From: Octopus sinensis
Taxonomy: Eukaryota
Direction of reading: 5' to 3'
Length of the DNA stretch: 64,000 nt
Assembly: GCF_006345805.1 (NCBI RefSeq)
Contig: NC_043010.1
Coordinates: 28,210,001 to 28,274,000 of the forward strand
Below are positions 11,571 through 23,077 of this stretch, one piece after another. The notes below the pieces were generated by a model. That model was given only the letters and a program-made list of their open reading frames with translations. It was not told where the DNA came from and did not search any database. Each line of letters opens with the position of its first letter. Positions within the stretch are counted from its first letter, which is position 1. Position numbers and translations under genes: made by a program.

Positions 11571-12717
11571 GGCCAACACCAAAAGGAAAAAGCACATGCA
11601 GGAATGATGAAGAATTCAGCCAATACGGTCGCCCTCCAGCATGATCGCAACCGCATGGCTGAAACAATATATATGCATAAATTTACTTTTAAAACCCCAA
11701 AATTCAAAGTAGCGAGTAATCAATTAAACAAAACAAAACGAAACGAAACGAAAAAACAAGTAAATCGCCTTTAAAAGAAGCTTAAATCAAAACGCGTTGA
11801 GTACAACAATATGGAAAGAACACCTTTTGCGGTACTCTTTTAGAGCAAGACAGAAAAGGAAAGGGACTGTTTGGAAAATTAAGTAAACGTCTCGAACCAC
11901 GGACACAGTTTGTTCTGGTCGTCCAAATCGGTCATTCTATACTCGTTTTGCTTTCACTATAGATGTTAAACTATAGACGTATTTGTACAAAGCCATAATT
12001 TTAACAATAGAGGTGAGATACATAGTCGATAGAACTAACCTCAACATACGGTGGGATTTCGACTTAATGGAAAATGCCAGATGCTATTCTCTACCAACTT
12101 GCTACCTTCATGTGATGCAAAAATGGGGAATTTGTGGTGGTTTGCCCCAGATCGGCCCTGATTGAACTGATCTATGATTAAATACATCCCAGTCGTGACA
12201 ATCACATCTTTCCTTTCTACATTACATTATGTAATATGTCCTTCCACTTTTAGTGTGATTATGTATATATGTTGTATAAGTGTGTGATGAGCTGTGTATA
12301 CGTACGTATACGTATGTACATATGTACGTATGTATGAATGTATGTATGTATGTATGTATGTATGCTTGCATGTATGTATGTATGTAGTTTCTTTTTATGT
12401 CAGTTTGTGAATAAACTGAAGAGGTTGCAAGAAGCAACGAAAATTTTAGAAAAAAATGGATAACGAGTGGAAATCGAACCGGTGAGTGTGTTAATTAATA
12501 AGGCTTTCAAACAGAATGACTCTCCCCAGACAACAAAATATGCTTCAACACACGAATCCACATAAGGAATCTGGCAAATCAAAAACAAAACGAAGCAACA
12601 ATCTAATATTAAACCGAAAGATTTCTCAATATTTTTTTACAAGATAGAGTATGCGCTTATTTAACCTTTGAAAATAGGTTGACAGTGACTTCGAAGTTTA
12701 ATGCGCGCATGCACACA

Positions 12718-12770
<53 letters not shown>

Positions 12771-13312
12771 TTCGGTTCGGTAGAACGAATAAGATATACA
12801 GAACTCATAACGCGTTTATATTCCTTTTCATTACTCTGAAATGGCAGGCAGTTACAAAAATGACTCAGGGGCCGAGAGTATCGTCTATGGCATTTATCAA
12901 ACTGACTTCACATCTGGGAGCTTTGTTTCTTATATCAGGTGTATATGTGTGTGAGTGCGAGTTTGACAGCACATGGCTAAGTGGTCAGGATACTGGACTC
13001 ACAAATGTAAATTAGCAATTTCGATTCCTATATGGAACAATGCACTATATCTTTCAGCACAACGCTAGATTTCGTACTTGTTCCTGGCCACTCAGCTTCA
13101 AATGAGTTTTCTACATATATATGTAGGGTTTCCTTATCCTGCCCAACTTATCCTTTTTCTGGTATTCTGTCGCATAAAAGTCACAGAACCGTCAAAGCTC
13201 AGCGCTGTAGGTTCGAGAAAGATCTCCCCGCCCCCTCTCTCTGTGAGTGTACACTGTATCCTGGAAAGGTCACATGGCCAATGAAACACACGCACTGGTT
13301 ATATTTCGCTTC

Positions 13313-13385
<73 letters not shown>

Positions 13386-13840
13386 TATTATTATTAGCAG
13401 TCGTCGCGGCAAGACACATTTTTTTTCTCTCTGCCCTAAGGCATTCTTCTAACACGTCAGCTCAAAGTTTACTCGTCCTATCGAAAGACGCCTGTCTGTG
13501 ACGTCCTGTATTCTTATTCGTGTAACATCGTCCGTTTTTCCGTCCTTGTTTTGTATACATTCGAGGCTTTCTTCCAAGGAATCTAATGCGCTTGGCTTAG
13601 ATTGTCTTTTGGGGCTGGTCAGATCGGAGCAATCTCAAGATTAATCAGACGAAATTGCGAGGATGATCCTGTTCTTGACTGAAGATCGAAGGTTTCGAAT
13701 GTCCCGTCCGTGTTTTTTGTATCGTCTTCTAAATGTTTTGCGTTCTTGTCCCAGTTTGTATTTATATGTGATCTCTTGAGCACCACCAGCAAAAATATTT
13801 TTTTTCCTCTGTCTTCCCTTCTCGGGATCTTTCCTTCTCC

Positions 13841-13909
13841 TTGTTTCCGACGAAGAGCTCCGCTCGAAACGTTAAACCCTCCTTCCCTTCTTTCCTGAGC
13901 GTCAAATAA
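13841..13909 (+). ncRNA. Type I hammerhead ribozyme-like motif in a Penelope-type terminal repeat
   Basis: Stem I TTGTTT/AAATAA, core CCGACGA plus an extra A, stem II GAGC-TCC-GCTC, GAAA, stem III CGT/GCG, GTC cleavage triplet (13901-13903). Confidence 0.6.
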
Positions 13910-14047
13910 TACTTTAATTGTTCCACGTCCTCGCGTTGCTGTGTTTTTTCTGTGTTTTCTTGTTTGGATTAACTACTGTAATTGTTCCATTGTTGTTGTT
14001 TTTTTGTTTTCCCGTTTGGATTAAAATTTTATATATATATATATTTA

Positions 14048-14088
<41 letters not shown>

Positions 14089-14415
14089 CCTATAGGTATA
14101 TACGTGTGTATATATGAGTGTGTGCATATGAACGAATGATACCATATGATCACAAGTAATAAACAAATGATCCATATCGATTGATATGGGATCATTCGTT
14201 TATTACTTGTGAATTTTATGCACAAAAGGTACGCTAATCTTCTATTTTTGCGCATTTCCTCGCTTTCACCTGTGCATGTGAGTGATTTAAGTGGTTTAGA
14301 GTTGTTTTGACTTCTATTTCTAGCATGTTGGTACTTTTCCCAATATTCTTTATTAAAGCTAGTATATATTTACACCTTTCATTATAGTTGTATATATTTA
14401 TATATGATTACAGTC

Positions 14416-14460
<45 letters not shown>

Positions 14461-14804
14461 ATAGATATATATATATACATGTATATATATATAAATATAA
14501 AGATATATATACATGTATATATATATACATATATATATTTATGTGTGTGTATGTATAAATATTGCAAATATACATATTTATGTCGCATACATCCATACAT
14601 ATACACACACATGCACAACACAGTGGAAATCAGATAAGCTGAAGTAAATTTAAATATAAAGCCTTACAGTGTGTCAAATAACAATGTAAACACATTTTTC
14701 TAGACTATTTTATATAAATATGTTTATTAAAGGTATAGAAGGTACGTATTTTCATTTTGATTTAAACCATAGAGAGGCTTTATAATGTAGTGTGCGCGTG
14801 TGTG

Positions 14805-15075
14805 TGTTTTACTTGTTTCAGTCATTAGACTGCGACCATGCTGGGGCACAGCTTTGAAGAATTTTGGTCGAACGAATCGACCCCGGTACACAATTTCTTT
14901 TTGAAGGCCTGGAATTTATTCTTTGTTTGCCAAACTGCTAAGTTAAACGCAGGTAAACACAAAAGCACCGGCAGTCAAGCGTGGTGCGGTACAACACAGA
15001 CACAAAAGCACGCACGCACTCACACATATACATGACAGGCTTCGTTCAGTTTCCATCTACCAAACCCACTCACGA
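14805..15075 (-). mobile_element. SINE family A, partial
   Basis: TTTTACTTGTTTCAGTCATTAGACTGCGACCATGCTGG tail ... GGCTTCGTTCAGTTTCCATCTACCAAACCCACTCAC. Confidence 0.7.
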
Positions 15076-16185
15076 GGTTTTATATACGACACACACGCAC
15101 ACACATATATAAGTGCGTACACACACATACACACACTTAGATGCATATATATGTGCATATATTTCATATATTAGACATACACACACACACAAATATATAT
15201 ATACCGTGTGCGTAATACACACACACACATGCATATACATGCACATATGCATAATCATGTATTGTATGTATTAATTATTATATGTATACATCGGCATATA
15301 TATTTTGTATGTCGGTTTATGCCTCTCTACGCGTGTGTATGTATGTATATTCGCCTCTCACACACTCTTATGTGTGTGAATATGTGTGAACATGTGTGTA
15401 TATGTGTTTATGAGACCGTGTATCCATGGATTTCGTCTTACGTAAGCATACTTGTAGATTTGTCTGTGTAAGTGTGTGTATGAGTGTGTGTGGGGAGAGA
15501 GATAAAAGGAATAGACAGAGAGGGAGAGAGAGAAAGAAAGAAAGAAAGAGAGAGAGAAAGAGAGAGACTTGTGTGCGTGACAGTGTTTATATAGATAAAT
15601 TATTTTGGTAATTGCGGTTTTAGTTGCTATTCAATGCGGTGTAGTTAGTCGAAGAGTTGTTTATTTTGTAAGAGCTCGTTCTGAGATGACGAGAGACAAG
15701 GGTATAAGAATATGAAGGGAGAGAAAAATCGGAGACGATGCTTAATGACGGACGAACATTACATACATACATACATACACACATGCATACACACATACAC
15801 ACATGCATACACACATACACACATACACATATATGATATATGAGATGAGTAGTAAGATATGAAAATAGAATTGAAAACGTGAATACTTGTACGTGTGTTG
15901 TTGTTGTCATTATTATTATTAATTGGCAGAAGTTATAAAGTGATTCAAGGACCGAGAGTTTCGTGCAACACTTAAAACTATGTATGTATGTATGTATGTA
16001 TGTATGTATGTATGTATGTATGTATGTATGTATGTATGTATGTATATATGTATGTATGCATGCATGCATGTATGTACACACACACACACAGACACACACA
16101 CATATACAAATAAGCATGTTGAATCGCTAGCTTCTGCACGCATTTTTTCTCTCTCCTTGTTTCTCTCCGTGTTTCTTTTCTGTGT

Positions 16186-16258
16186 ATCTTTCTGTTGAAG
16201 AGCGTAGGCTCGAAACGTAAAAGACTTGTTTTATTTATATTCCTGAGCGCCATACTAA
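16186..16258 (+). ncRNA. Degenerate hammerhead-like motif
   Basis: CTGTTGA-A-GAGC-GTAG-GCTC-GAAA-CGT...GCG-CC; core A6 and the cleavage U are mutated. Same family as 57661-57728 (-). Confidence 0.45.
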
Positions 16259-16341
16259 TACAATTGTTTGTTTGTACTCCACCTGCCTTCGTCTTTTGTT
16301 TATTTTCATAAAGCTTCCCGTTATATATATATACACACACA

Positions 16342-16411
<70 letters not shown>

Positions 16412-17428
16412 ATAAGGGCTTCCTAAAAAAACATTTATAAAGTTAAAAAAAAATCTAAAAGAAACCAATAAAAATAAACGCAAAAACGAAAATAAAAATG
16501 CAAACAAAAAAACTAAATGTAAACGAAAAGGAAATATAAAAACAAACAAACGCACCCCCACCCCCCAATCCTGCAGGTTAGAGACAAAAGACAAAGAGAA
16601 TATGTTAGACGTCTTTGTATAAAATCTTAATTGTATTAAATAAATAAAATTAATTTGTACTTACCAGTCGAGATTTCGAAGGGAATCTCAGTCGTGGAAA
16701 TCTCCTTATGTTTTGAGCCCTTTATATATAAACAAACATGTACCTGCATGTATGTATGTTGTGTATATGTGTGTTTATATATTTATATTTATGAAGTCAA
16801 TTTCAGAGGTTCGGTCGAACTGGAGTGACGTCAATTGTTTGTGTGAGAATCTCAATTGCAAGCCTTGGTGTTTCGGAATGTGTTTACGTCATTAAACCCA
16901 TTAAACCGATATTCGAATTCGGAATAAAATATTATTTGACGGAATATCTTTGTTGACAAAAGAAAACATAATGTGAAATGAAATTCCATTCATTCATTCA
17001 GCAATTCAACCATTCATTCAGTTATTCTTCCTTCTCTTTGCTTATTCGATCGTTCGTTCTTACATTCGTTCGTTCGTCTATTCGTTCTTTCGTTCATTCA
17101 TTCATTGATTCGTTTGTGTTGTGGACTGTTACATGAATGCAAAAATCTGTCCTTCTCTTTCTCTGTCTGTCGGCCTGCCTGCTTGCCTGCCTGTCTGTCT
17201 GTTGGCCTGTCTGTCTGTCTTTCTCTCTTTGTATGTTTGTATGTATGTATGTATGTATGTATGTACGTATGTATGTATGTATGCATGTACAGGGTCGTCT
17301 TAAGGCATTTACAAATTAAGGGACTCGACTCTAACACATATATACTGCGGTTTGCTGCCAATAAATACTACAAGGCTCAGTGCACTGGTTTGCCCAGGGG
17401 CCTATAATGCTGCTAAGAGAGTCCTGTG

Positions 17429-17462
<34 letters not shown>

Positions 17463-17569
17463 TGTATGTATGTATGTATGTATGTATGTATGTATGTATG
17501 TATGTATGTATGTATTTATTTATTTATTTGTGTGTATATGTGGTGTGATTTTGTGTATACTCTTTTTAC

Positions 17570-17975
17570 TCTTTTACTTGTTTCAGTCATTTGACTGCGG
17601 CCATGCTGGAGCACCGCCTTTTAGTCGAGCAAATCGTCCCCAGGACTTATTCTTTGTAAGCCTAGTACTTATTCTATCGGTCTCTTTTGCCGAACCACTA
17701 AGTTGCGGGAACGTAAGCACACCGGCATCGGTTGTCAAGCGATGTTGGGGGGACAAACACAAACACACAAACATATATACACACACACATATGTATATAT
17801 ATACATATATACGACGGGCTTCTTTCAGTTTCCGTCTACCAAATCCGCTCACAAGGCTTTGGTCGGCCCGAGGCTATAGTAGAAGACATTTGCCCAAGGT
17901 GCCACGCAGTGGCACTGAACCCGGAATCATGTGGTTCATAAGCAAGCTACTTACCACACAGCCACTCCTACGCCT
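17570..17975 (-). mobile_element. SINE family A, full length
   Basis: On minus strand: head GGAGTGGCTGTGTGG (A-box) ...GGTTCAGTGCC (B-box), CORE-like GCACCTTGGGCAAATGTC, (TG/TA)n, tail ending TGACTGAAACAAGTAAAAGAGTAAAAGAG. Confidence 0.9.
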
Positions 17976-18046
17976 GTGTACATTTGGCCTTCTATGAAAC
18001 TCTTGGTCTTCAAGTCACTGTGACGTTTGCCGATTAAATACGTACA

Positions 18047-18942
18047 TCCATCATTAATCCTCATCAACCAGTCGTTGGGGTCCCACTCAAGGTGCTTTCA
18101 TAATCAGCCATCGCCACTGGTCTCTCTCTTCTGTGTCATGCATAACATGTTCGCTGTGTTGTCACCTGTCCAGTCTCTCTGTGGGCCTCTCCTTCGCCCT
18201 CCCTCAGCTGTGCCTTGAAGAATGGTTTTTGACAGGGAGCTTTTGACTTTTCAAGGCAAGCTTTCATCATTTTACCTTCATAAGGATGGCTTCCTGTCTG
18301 CCAGCATTTTTTTTTCTTTTTTGACTTGCTGCCTAACAAAGCTGTCATTTCGTGCTTTTGTACAGGATGCGTAATAACCTTCTGAAACACATGTGTTCAA
18401 ATGCTTGGATTCTTCGCCTCATGTCACCTGTAATAGTCCAGCACTCACACCCATACAGAAGGATCGAAGTCACCAGGCTCTTGTACACTTTGAGTTTTGA
18501 TGGAAAACTAATGGAATTTCTTTTCCCTTTGTTGTTCAGGTTCGTCAGGGCAGCAGAGGCTAAACTGAGGCTTGTTGTTATCTCCTTTTGAGATCTGTCG
18601 TCCTTGGTCAAAGAGGATCTTAAGGTACTTGAAGCTGTCCACTTCAAGTTTCTCTCCATTTAGCATGATGCTGGTTGCTGTGTTTCGGGTGTTATTATCA
18701 ACCAGCATCTTGCTCTTTTCTGGGCTGTTCTCCATGCCTTATGCTTCTGATTCTTTTCCCAGTCTGCTAGTGAGCTCCTGTAGTTCTACTTCCCTGCTTC
18801 CTTACAGATTAATATCATCAGCAAACCGCAGGTTGGAAATGGGCCGTCCTCTAATAGAAACAGAGGATTGGATGCCTTCAAGTGGTTCCTTCATGATGTT
18901 TTCTATCATGGAAAATTGAAAAGCACCGGAGAGAACAGACAG
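18047..18942 (-). mobile_element. RTE-clade LINE, 3' part of RT to 3' end (degenerate)
   Basis: CLFSPVLF.., NLRFADDI, LYGCECWT...IQAFEHMCFRRLLRI and an RTE-like 3' end; frameshifted. Confidence 0.85.
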
Positions 18943-19228
18943 GATTGGGGAGTGTTGTGGAGCTGATATTTAACATCAAATTGCTCTCCGAGAAACATCT
19001 GCAACACCTGTACGACCTCTATCACAACTTCATCGACTTCAAAAAAGGCCTTTGACCGTGTTTTGGCACGATGGGTTGCAGCAGGTGGTAAAGAATTATA
19101 ACTTAGATAACAACCTCATCGAAGTAATCCAAGCATTGTATGAAAACTCGTGCAGTGCAGTTCTGCTGAACAACAACATCGGAAAATTCTTCGGGACAAC
19201 AGTAGGTGTTCAAGAAGGAAGTATCCTC
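18943..19228 (+). mobile_element. RTE RT segment, inverted 5' piece of the same element
   Basis: SVVELIFNIKLLSEKHLQH..YHNFIDFKK(A)FDRVW...[14 protein letters not shown]: the RT segment immediately upstream of the minus-strand piece, in opposite orientation. Confidence 0.8.
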
Positions 19229-19321
19229 TACAGTACAGACATCCATATACAAGTATACACAGATACATAGATACATACATACACACACACACACACTCAT
19301 GTTCTTAGTTCTATTCATCCT

Positions 19322-19411
19322 TAGATAGATAGCGAGACAAACAGGCAGACAGACAGACAGATAAATAAATAGATAGATAGATAGATAGATAGATAGATGG
19401 ATGGATGGATG

Positions 19412-19474
<63 letters not shown>

Positions 19475-19509
19475 GGATGGATGGATGGATGATAGATACA
19501 TAGATAGAG

Positions 19510-19554
<45 letters not shown>

Positions 19555-19624
19555 AACAGATAGATACATAGATAGAGAGATAGACAGAGAGATAGATTGA
19601 TAGAGAGATAGATGGATAGATAAA
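19322..19624. repeat. (GATA)n/(GACA)n/(GGAT)n tract at the 3' end of Tx1 copy 1
   Basis: Visible directly. Confidence 0.95.
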
Positions 19625-22600
19625 TATGTTTCTTTATTAGCCACACAGGGCTGCACACAGATAGAACAAATTACAAGGTAGAGCTTTTCTTTTGAAGGTA
19701 AAAAAGGGGGGGTGTTCGATCAAAAGGGATTGTAAAAGGAGAGAAAGAGGACAAAAAAAGGGGGGGGAGTTAAAAAAAGGGGGAGAGGAAAAAATTGATC
19801 AATAGGGATCGTTATCACAGAAATGTCAATATGAAGTGTAAAGGCGGGGACAGGTGAGGTTTACCCGTGGAAAGGAAAGCCTACGGAAAAGGCCACGGTA
19901 ACCTCGGTCAATGAAGTCACATGTTATATTTCTTTCTTTTATTTTTTTTTTTTTTGCAAATAAGCAACTCTCTGTATTAATTTTTATGGTTCATAGAATC
20001 ATAGTCAAGGTGGCTTCGTCATTCATCCTTGCTACATTCACCCATCTTTTTTTAAAACATTCACTAGACAAAACTTGCCTCTCTACTCTCACTTTCCTCC
20101 TCAAGTGATACTTGAAGAAGTTGATGAGAGATTGACCAGAGAGGAAAGTGTTTGTCTCTAATCCTTTCAGGCGCGTCCACCAGATACATTCTTTCGCCAT
20201 AGCCACAAGTATGATAAAAATAGCTCTTCCTTCCCGTTTGAAGGAAGGAGGCGTGACGATATTAACGATAGACTCGGCTGATAAACCGACACGTCCCACA
20301 CATAACAGCAGTTGTTCGACATAAGCCCACAGGTGGGAAATTGCTGGACACTGCACGATTGCGTGCAGAGCGGTTTCGTCGCTCTGCCCGCATCTCGGGC
20401 AGGTCGGCCCCGTGTTTCTCGAGCCATGCCTATAGAGCTTATCCCGAACGGGTAGCGCTTTTCGGTAGCACCGCCAGGCCAGGGATCTCTGGAAGTTGTC
20501 CATAGGTCCCGGGCCGAAAGTCGTTTGAAGCAGGCGGGTCAGGTATTCCTCGTCGACGCCCAGGTTCGCCCCGAGATCGTCGTCGTACCTCCCCTCCACT
20601 AATCCCCTATAGAATGCTTTGGTTGTGTTGAAGTCACTCAAGGTTGATCCGGGACGGCAGAGTTGCTTGAGAGCAACGCGACACTCGCGGTGCCATTCGC
20701 CCTTCCTCGGCCTCTTTTTGATCCACGACTGCAGTTCGGTCATGGAGACAAGTTGCGGGAATGCGTGCCTCACAAACGGCGACCACACCTGTTCACCGTC
20801 GTCTACATAGAGCCGGAGATGTCGCAGTCTCAGCGCGTGTCTGCGCATCATCAACCACGGCATGCCCAGCCCTCCTTTTAACGGGTGTTGACAGCAAATG
20901 GATCGCCTAACCATCGGGACGCATCCTTTCCACAAGAAGCGGAAGAGGATGCGTTCTAGTTTGGTGATGGTAGGGTCGGGACAAGGTACGACGGTCAGGC
21001 GGTAGTAGATGATGGACGCGATGTACGCGTTCGCCACCTCCGCCCGACCTTTTAGGGACAGTTTCCTCTCGGCCCATTGCTGGGCGAGAGTGACCACCCT
21101 ACTCGTTATCTCGTTCCAGTTCTTCTCCATTTGGAGGTCCGGACCGAACCAGACTCCGAGCAACTCAACCGGGCTGTCTGTCCAGCGTCCCACGACGGAG
21201 GTACTGGTGGACGGCATGGGCTTGCTTCTCCAGGTGCCGAGCCGCAAGCCCACTGACTTTTCCCGGTTGATTTTTGCTCCTGTCACCGCTTCGTAGTCTT
21301 TCAGTGTCTCGCCGACCCGCTCGATGTGCTCGTGGCTTGACACTATGACGGTGACGTCGTCCGCGTATGCAGACACGCTCGTCCCGCATCCCAATTCTCG
21401 CGGGATGCCCCTCAGAGTCGCCAGCTTCCGCAGTAGCGGCTCAAGAGTCAATACGTATAGAAGCACCGAGAGGGGGCATCCCTGACGGACCGAACGTGCA
21501 ATGTCGAAAGGTCTCGATAGATGTCCATTCACGCGAATTACCGAACGGATGCCTCTGTACAAGGCAGCTATCCAGCCGCGGAAGACGGGGCCGAAACCAG
21601 CCGCTCTCAGGACTGCCTCCAAGTATCGATGGTCTACCCTATCGAAGGCTTTCGATTGATCCAAGTTGATCAGGGCCCCACCCATGCCAGGTTCGTTAAC
21701 TACCCTGTCTATGATGTAGCGCATCAGATGGAGGTTGTCATGGATGCTCCGGCCCGGCACGGCGCACGTTTGTGCGTTGTCGACCAGTTTCTCGATGACA
21801 AGCGCCAACCTCTTGGCTAACACCTTTGTCAAAATTTTCAGGTCTGCATTGAGCAGAGTGATTGGTCTAAAGTTATCTATAATGTTCCCCTTGTTTGGAT
21901 CTTTCTTCAGCAGTGTTACAGCTCCTCGACTCACAAAACCGGGTATGCTCCCGTTTTGCTGCCAGTTGCAGTATACCGCTGCCAAGACGTCTCCAAACAA
22001 GTCTGGCATACAATTGTAAAACTCGTAGGGCAGACCATCCAAACCCGGCGATTTGTCTCTCGAGCATTCTGCCATCGCGTCCTGCACATCCGCCGCCGTG
22101 ATGGCACCTTCGCAGCACTCTGCCTCTCTTGCCGAGAGTCGTGGTAGGCTGTGCAGGTAGGCACTGAAATCCACCCTGCGTTCACGCTCACCACTCGTCC
22201 CGTACAGTCGGGCAAAATGCTGCTGAAAGGCCTCACACATTTTACTTGGCTCGAGCAATTCGCGCCCTTGTTCATCTACCAGAGACCGAATGGTGGCTTT
22301 GTTGCCCTGCTGCGCCTCTGCCACCCGGGCCTCTCTCGCGGCTCCAACACCTTCGTTCCTTAGAGCACGCATCCTAGCTCTGACAGCACATCCTTCGTGT
22401 TTGGCGTTGAAGTGTTGGTCGAGTGCTAACCTCGCCGCCAAAACGTCGGATGCGATGCCGCTTCTAATTGCCTCTTCTAGCTTCTTAACTAACTCACCCT
22501 CTACTCTATTTCTATCTATGGCTAGTGCTTTGCTGTACCTAATCGCTTCTGCTTTTACTGCTCTCTTGAGGGCAAACCACCATTTGTTGTTGATGGTGGC

Positions 22601-22925
22601 TCCCGTCAAAGCCCTCTTTACTAGTGTGCTAATCCGGTCTCTGAAAACTTGTCTGGACGGGAATGATGCGTTCAGTTTCCAGTACCCAGGACCCTATCGA
22701 TGTGCCTTATCTAAGTCTAGCGTACACGTCACGAATTTGTGATCCGTGTAGCTGACTGTATGGAATTGTGGACATCCTAAGTTATCCTTGTCTACTGTCC
22801 TACACAGTATCCTATCTAGATACGATCTCGACGACCCACTGCGGTTGCTCCATGTCCACGTTGGTGCATTTGGGTGGTCGAGTCGGTACCTGTCAGACAA
22901 TTGGAATCGTCTGAGCAGGTCTCTG
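19625..22925 (-). mobile_element. Tx1-clade L1 LINE copy 1 (5'-truncated within the endonuclease)
   Basis: 3' UTR with AATAAA abutting (TATC)n, ORF2, and endonuclease C-terminal motifs WTW..SRSYLDR..TDHK..GPGYWKLN. Confidence 0.95.
19991..22609 (-). CDS. Tx1 ORF2 (RT + C-terminal zinc knuckle), 872-aa uninterrupted stretch
   Basis: SPGLDGL, FRPITLLNADLKIL, LDQSKAFDRVDH, VRQGCPLS, YADD, CPRCGQSDETALHAIVQC. The true start is lost to 5' truncation, and there is an upstream in-frame stop near 22695. Confidence 0.92.
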   Translation of the reverse strand: MTGATINNKWWFALKRAVKAEAIRYSKALAIDRNRVEGELVKKLEEAIRSGIASDVLAARLALDQHFNAKHEGCAVRARMRALRNEGVGAAREARVAEAQQGNKATIRSLVDEQGRELLEPSKMCEAFQQHFARLYGTSGERERRVDFSAYLHSLPRLSAREAECCEGAITAADVQDAMAECSRDKSPGLDGLPYEFYNCMPDLFGDVLAAVYCNWQQNGSIPGFVSRGAVTLLKKDPNKGNIIDNFRPITLLNADLKILTKVLAKRLALVIEKLVDNAQTCAVPGRSIHDNLHLMRYIIDRVVNEPGMGGALINLDQSKAFDRVDHRYLEAVLRAAGFGPVFRGWIAALYRGIRSVIRVNGHLSRPFDIARSVRQGCPLSVLLYVLTLEPLLRKLATLRGIPRELGCGTSVSAYADDVTVIVSSHEHIERVGETLKDYEAVTGAKINREKSVGLRLGTWRSKPMPSTSTSVVGRWTDSPVELLGVWFGPDLQMEKNWNEITSRVVTLAQQWAERKLSLKGRAEVANAYIASIIYYRLTVVPCPDPTITKLERILFRFLWKGCVPMVRRSICCQHPLKGGLGMPWLMMRRHALRLRHLRLYVDDGEQVWSPFVRHAFPQLVSMTELQSWIKKRPRKGEWHRECRVALKQLCRPGSTLSDFNTTKAFYRGLVEGRYDDDLGANLGVDEEYLTRLLQTTFGPGPMDNFQRSLAWRCYRKALPVRDKLYRHGSRNTGPTCPRCGQSDETALHAIVQCPAISHLWAYVEQLLLCVGRVGLSAESIVNIVTPPSFKREGRAIFIILVAMAKECIWWTRLKGLETNTFLSGQSLINFFKYHLRRKVRVERQVLSSECFKKRWVNVARMNDEATLTMIL

Positions 22926-23001
22926 AGATAGACAGAGATAGATATGTAGACAGAGAGACAGACAGGCAGGCAGACAGATAGACGGATGGATAGATAGATT
23001 C

Positions 23002-23077
<76 letters not shown>
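22926..23077. repeat. (GATA/GACA)n tract joining Tx1 copies 1 and 2
   Basis: Visible directly. Confidence 0.95.

Noticed and set aside
16655-16745. Minus-strand exon-like segment and weak hammerhead-like CGAAA motif
   Set aside because: Core and helices are too degenerate; no supporting frame.
17900-17975. tRNA-like sequences with A/B boxes (also 43637, 47680, 52135, 57900)
   Set aside because: They are SINE heads running into CORE/Meta-like bodies; no complete cloverleaf or acceptor stem.
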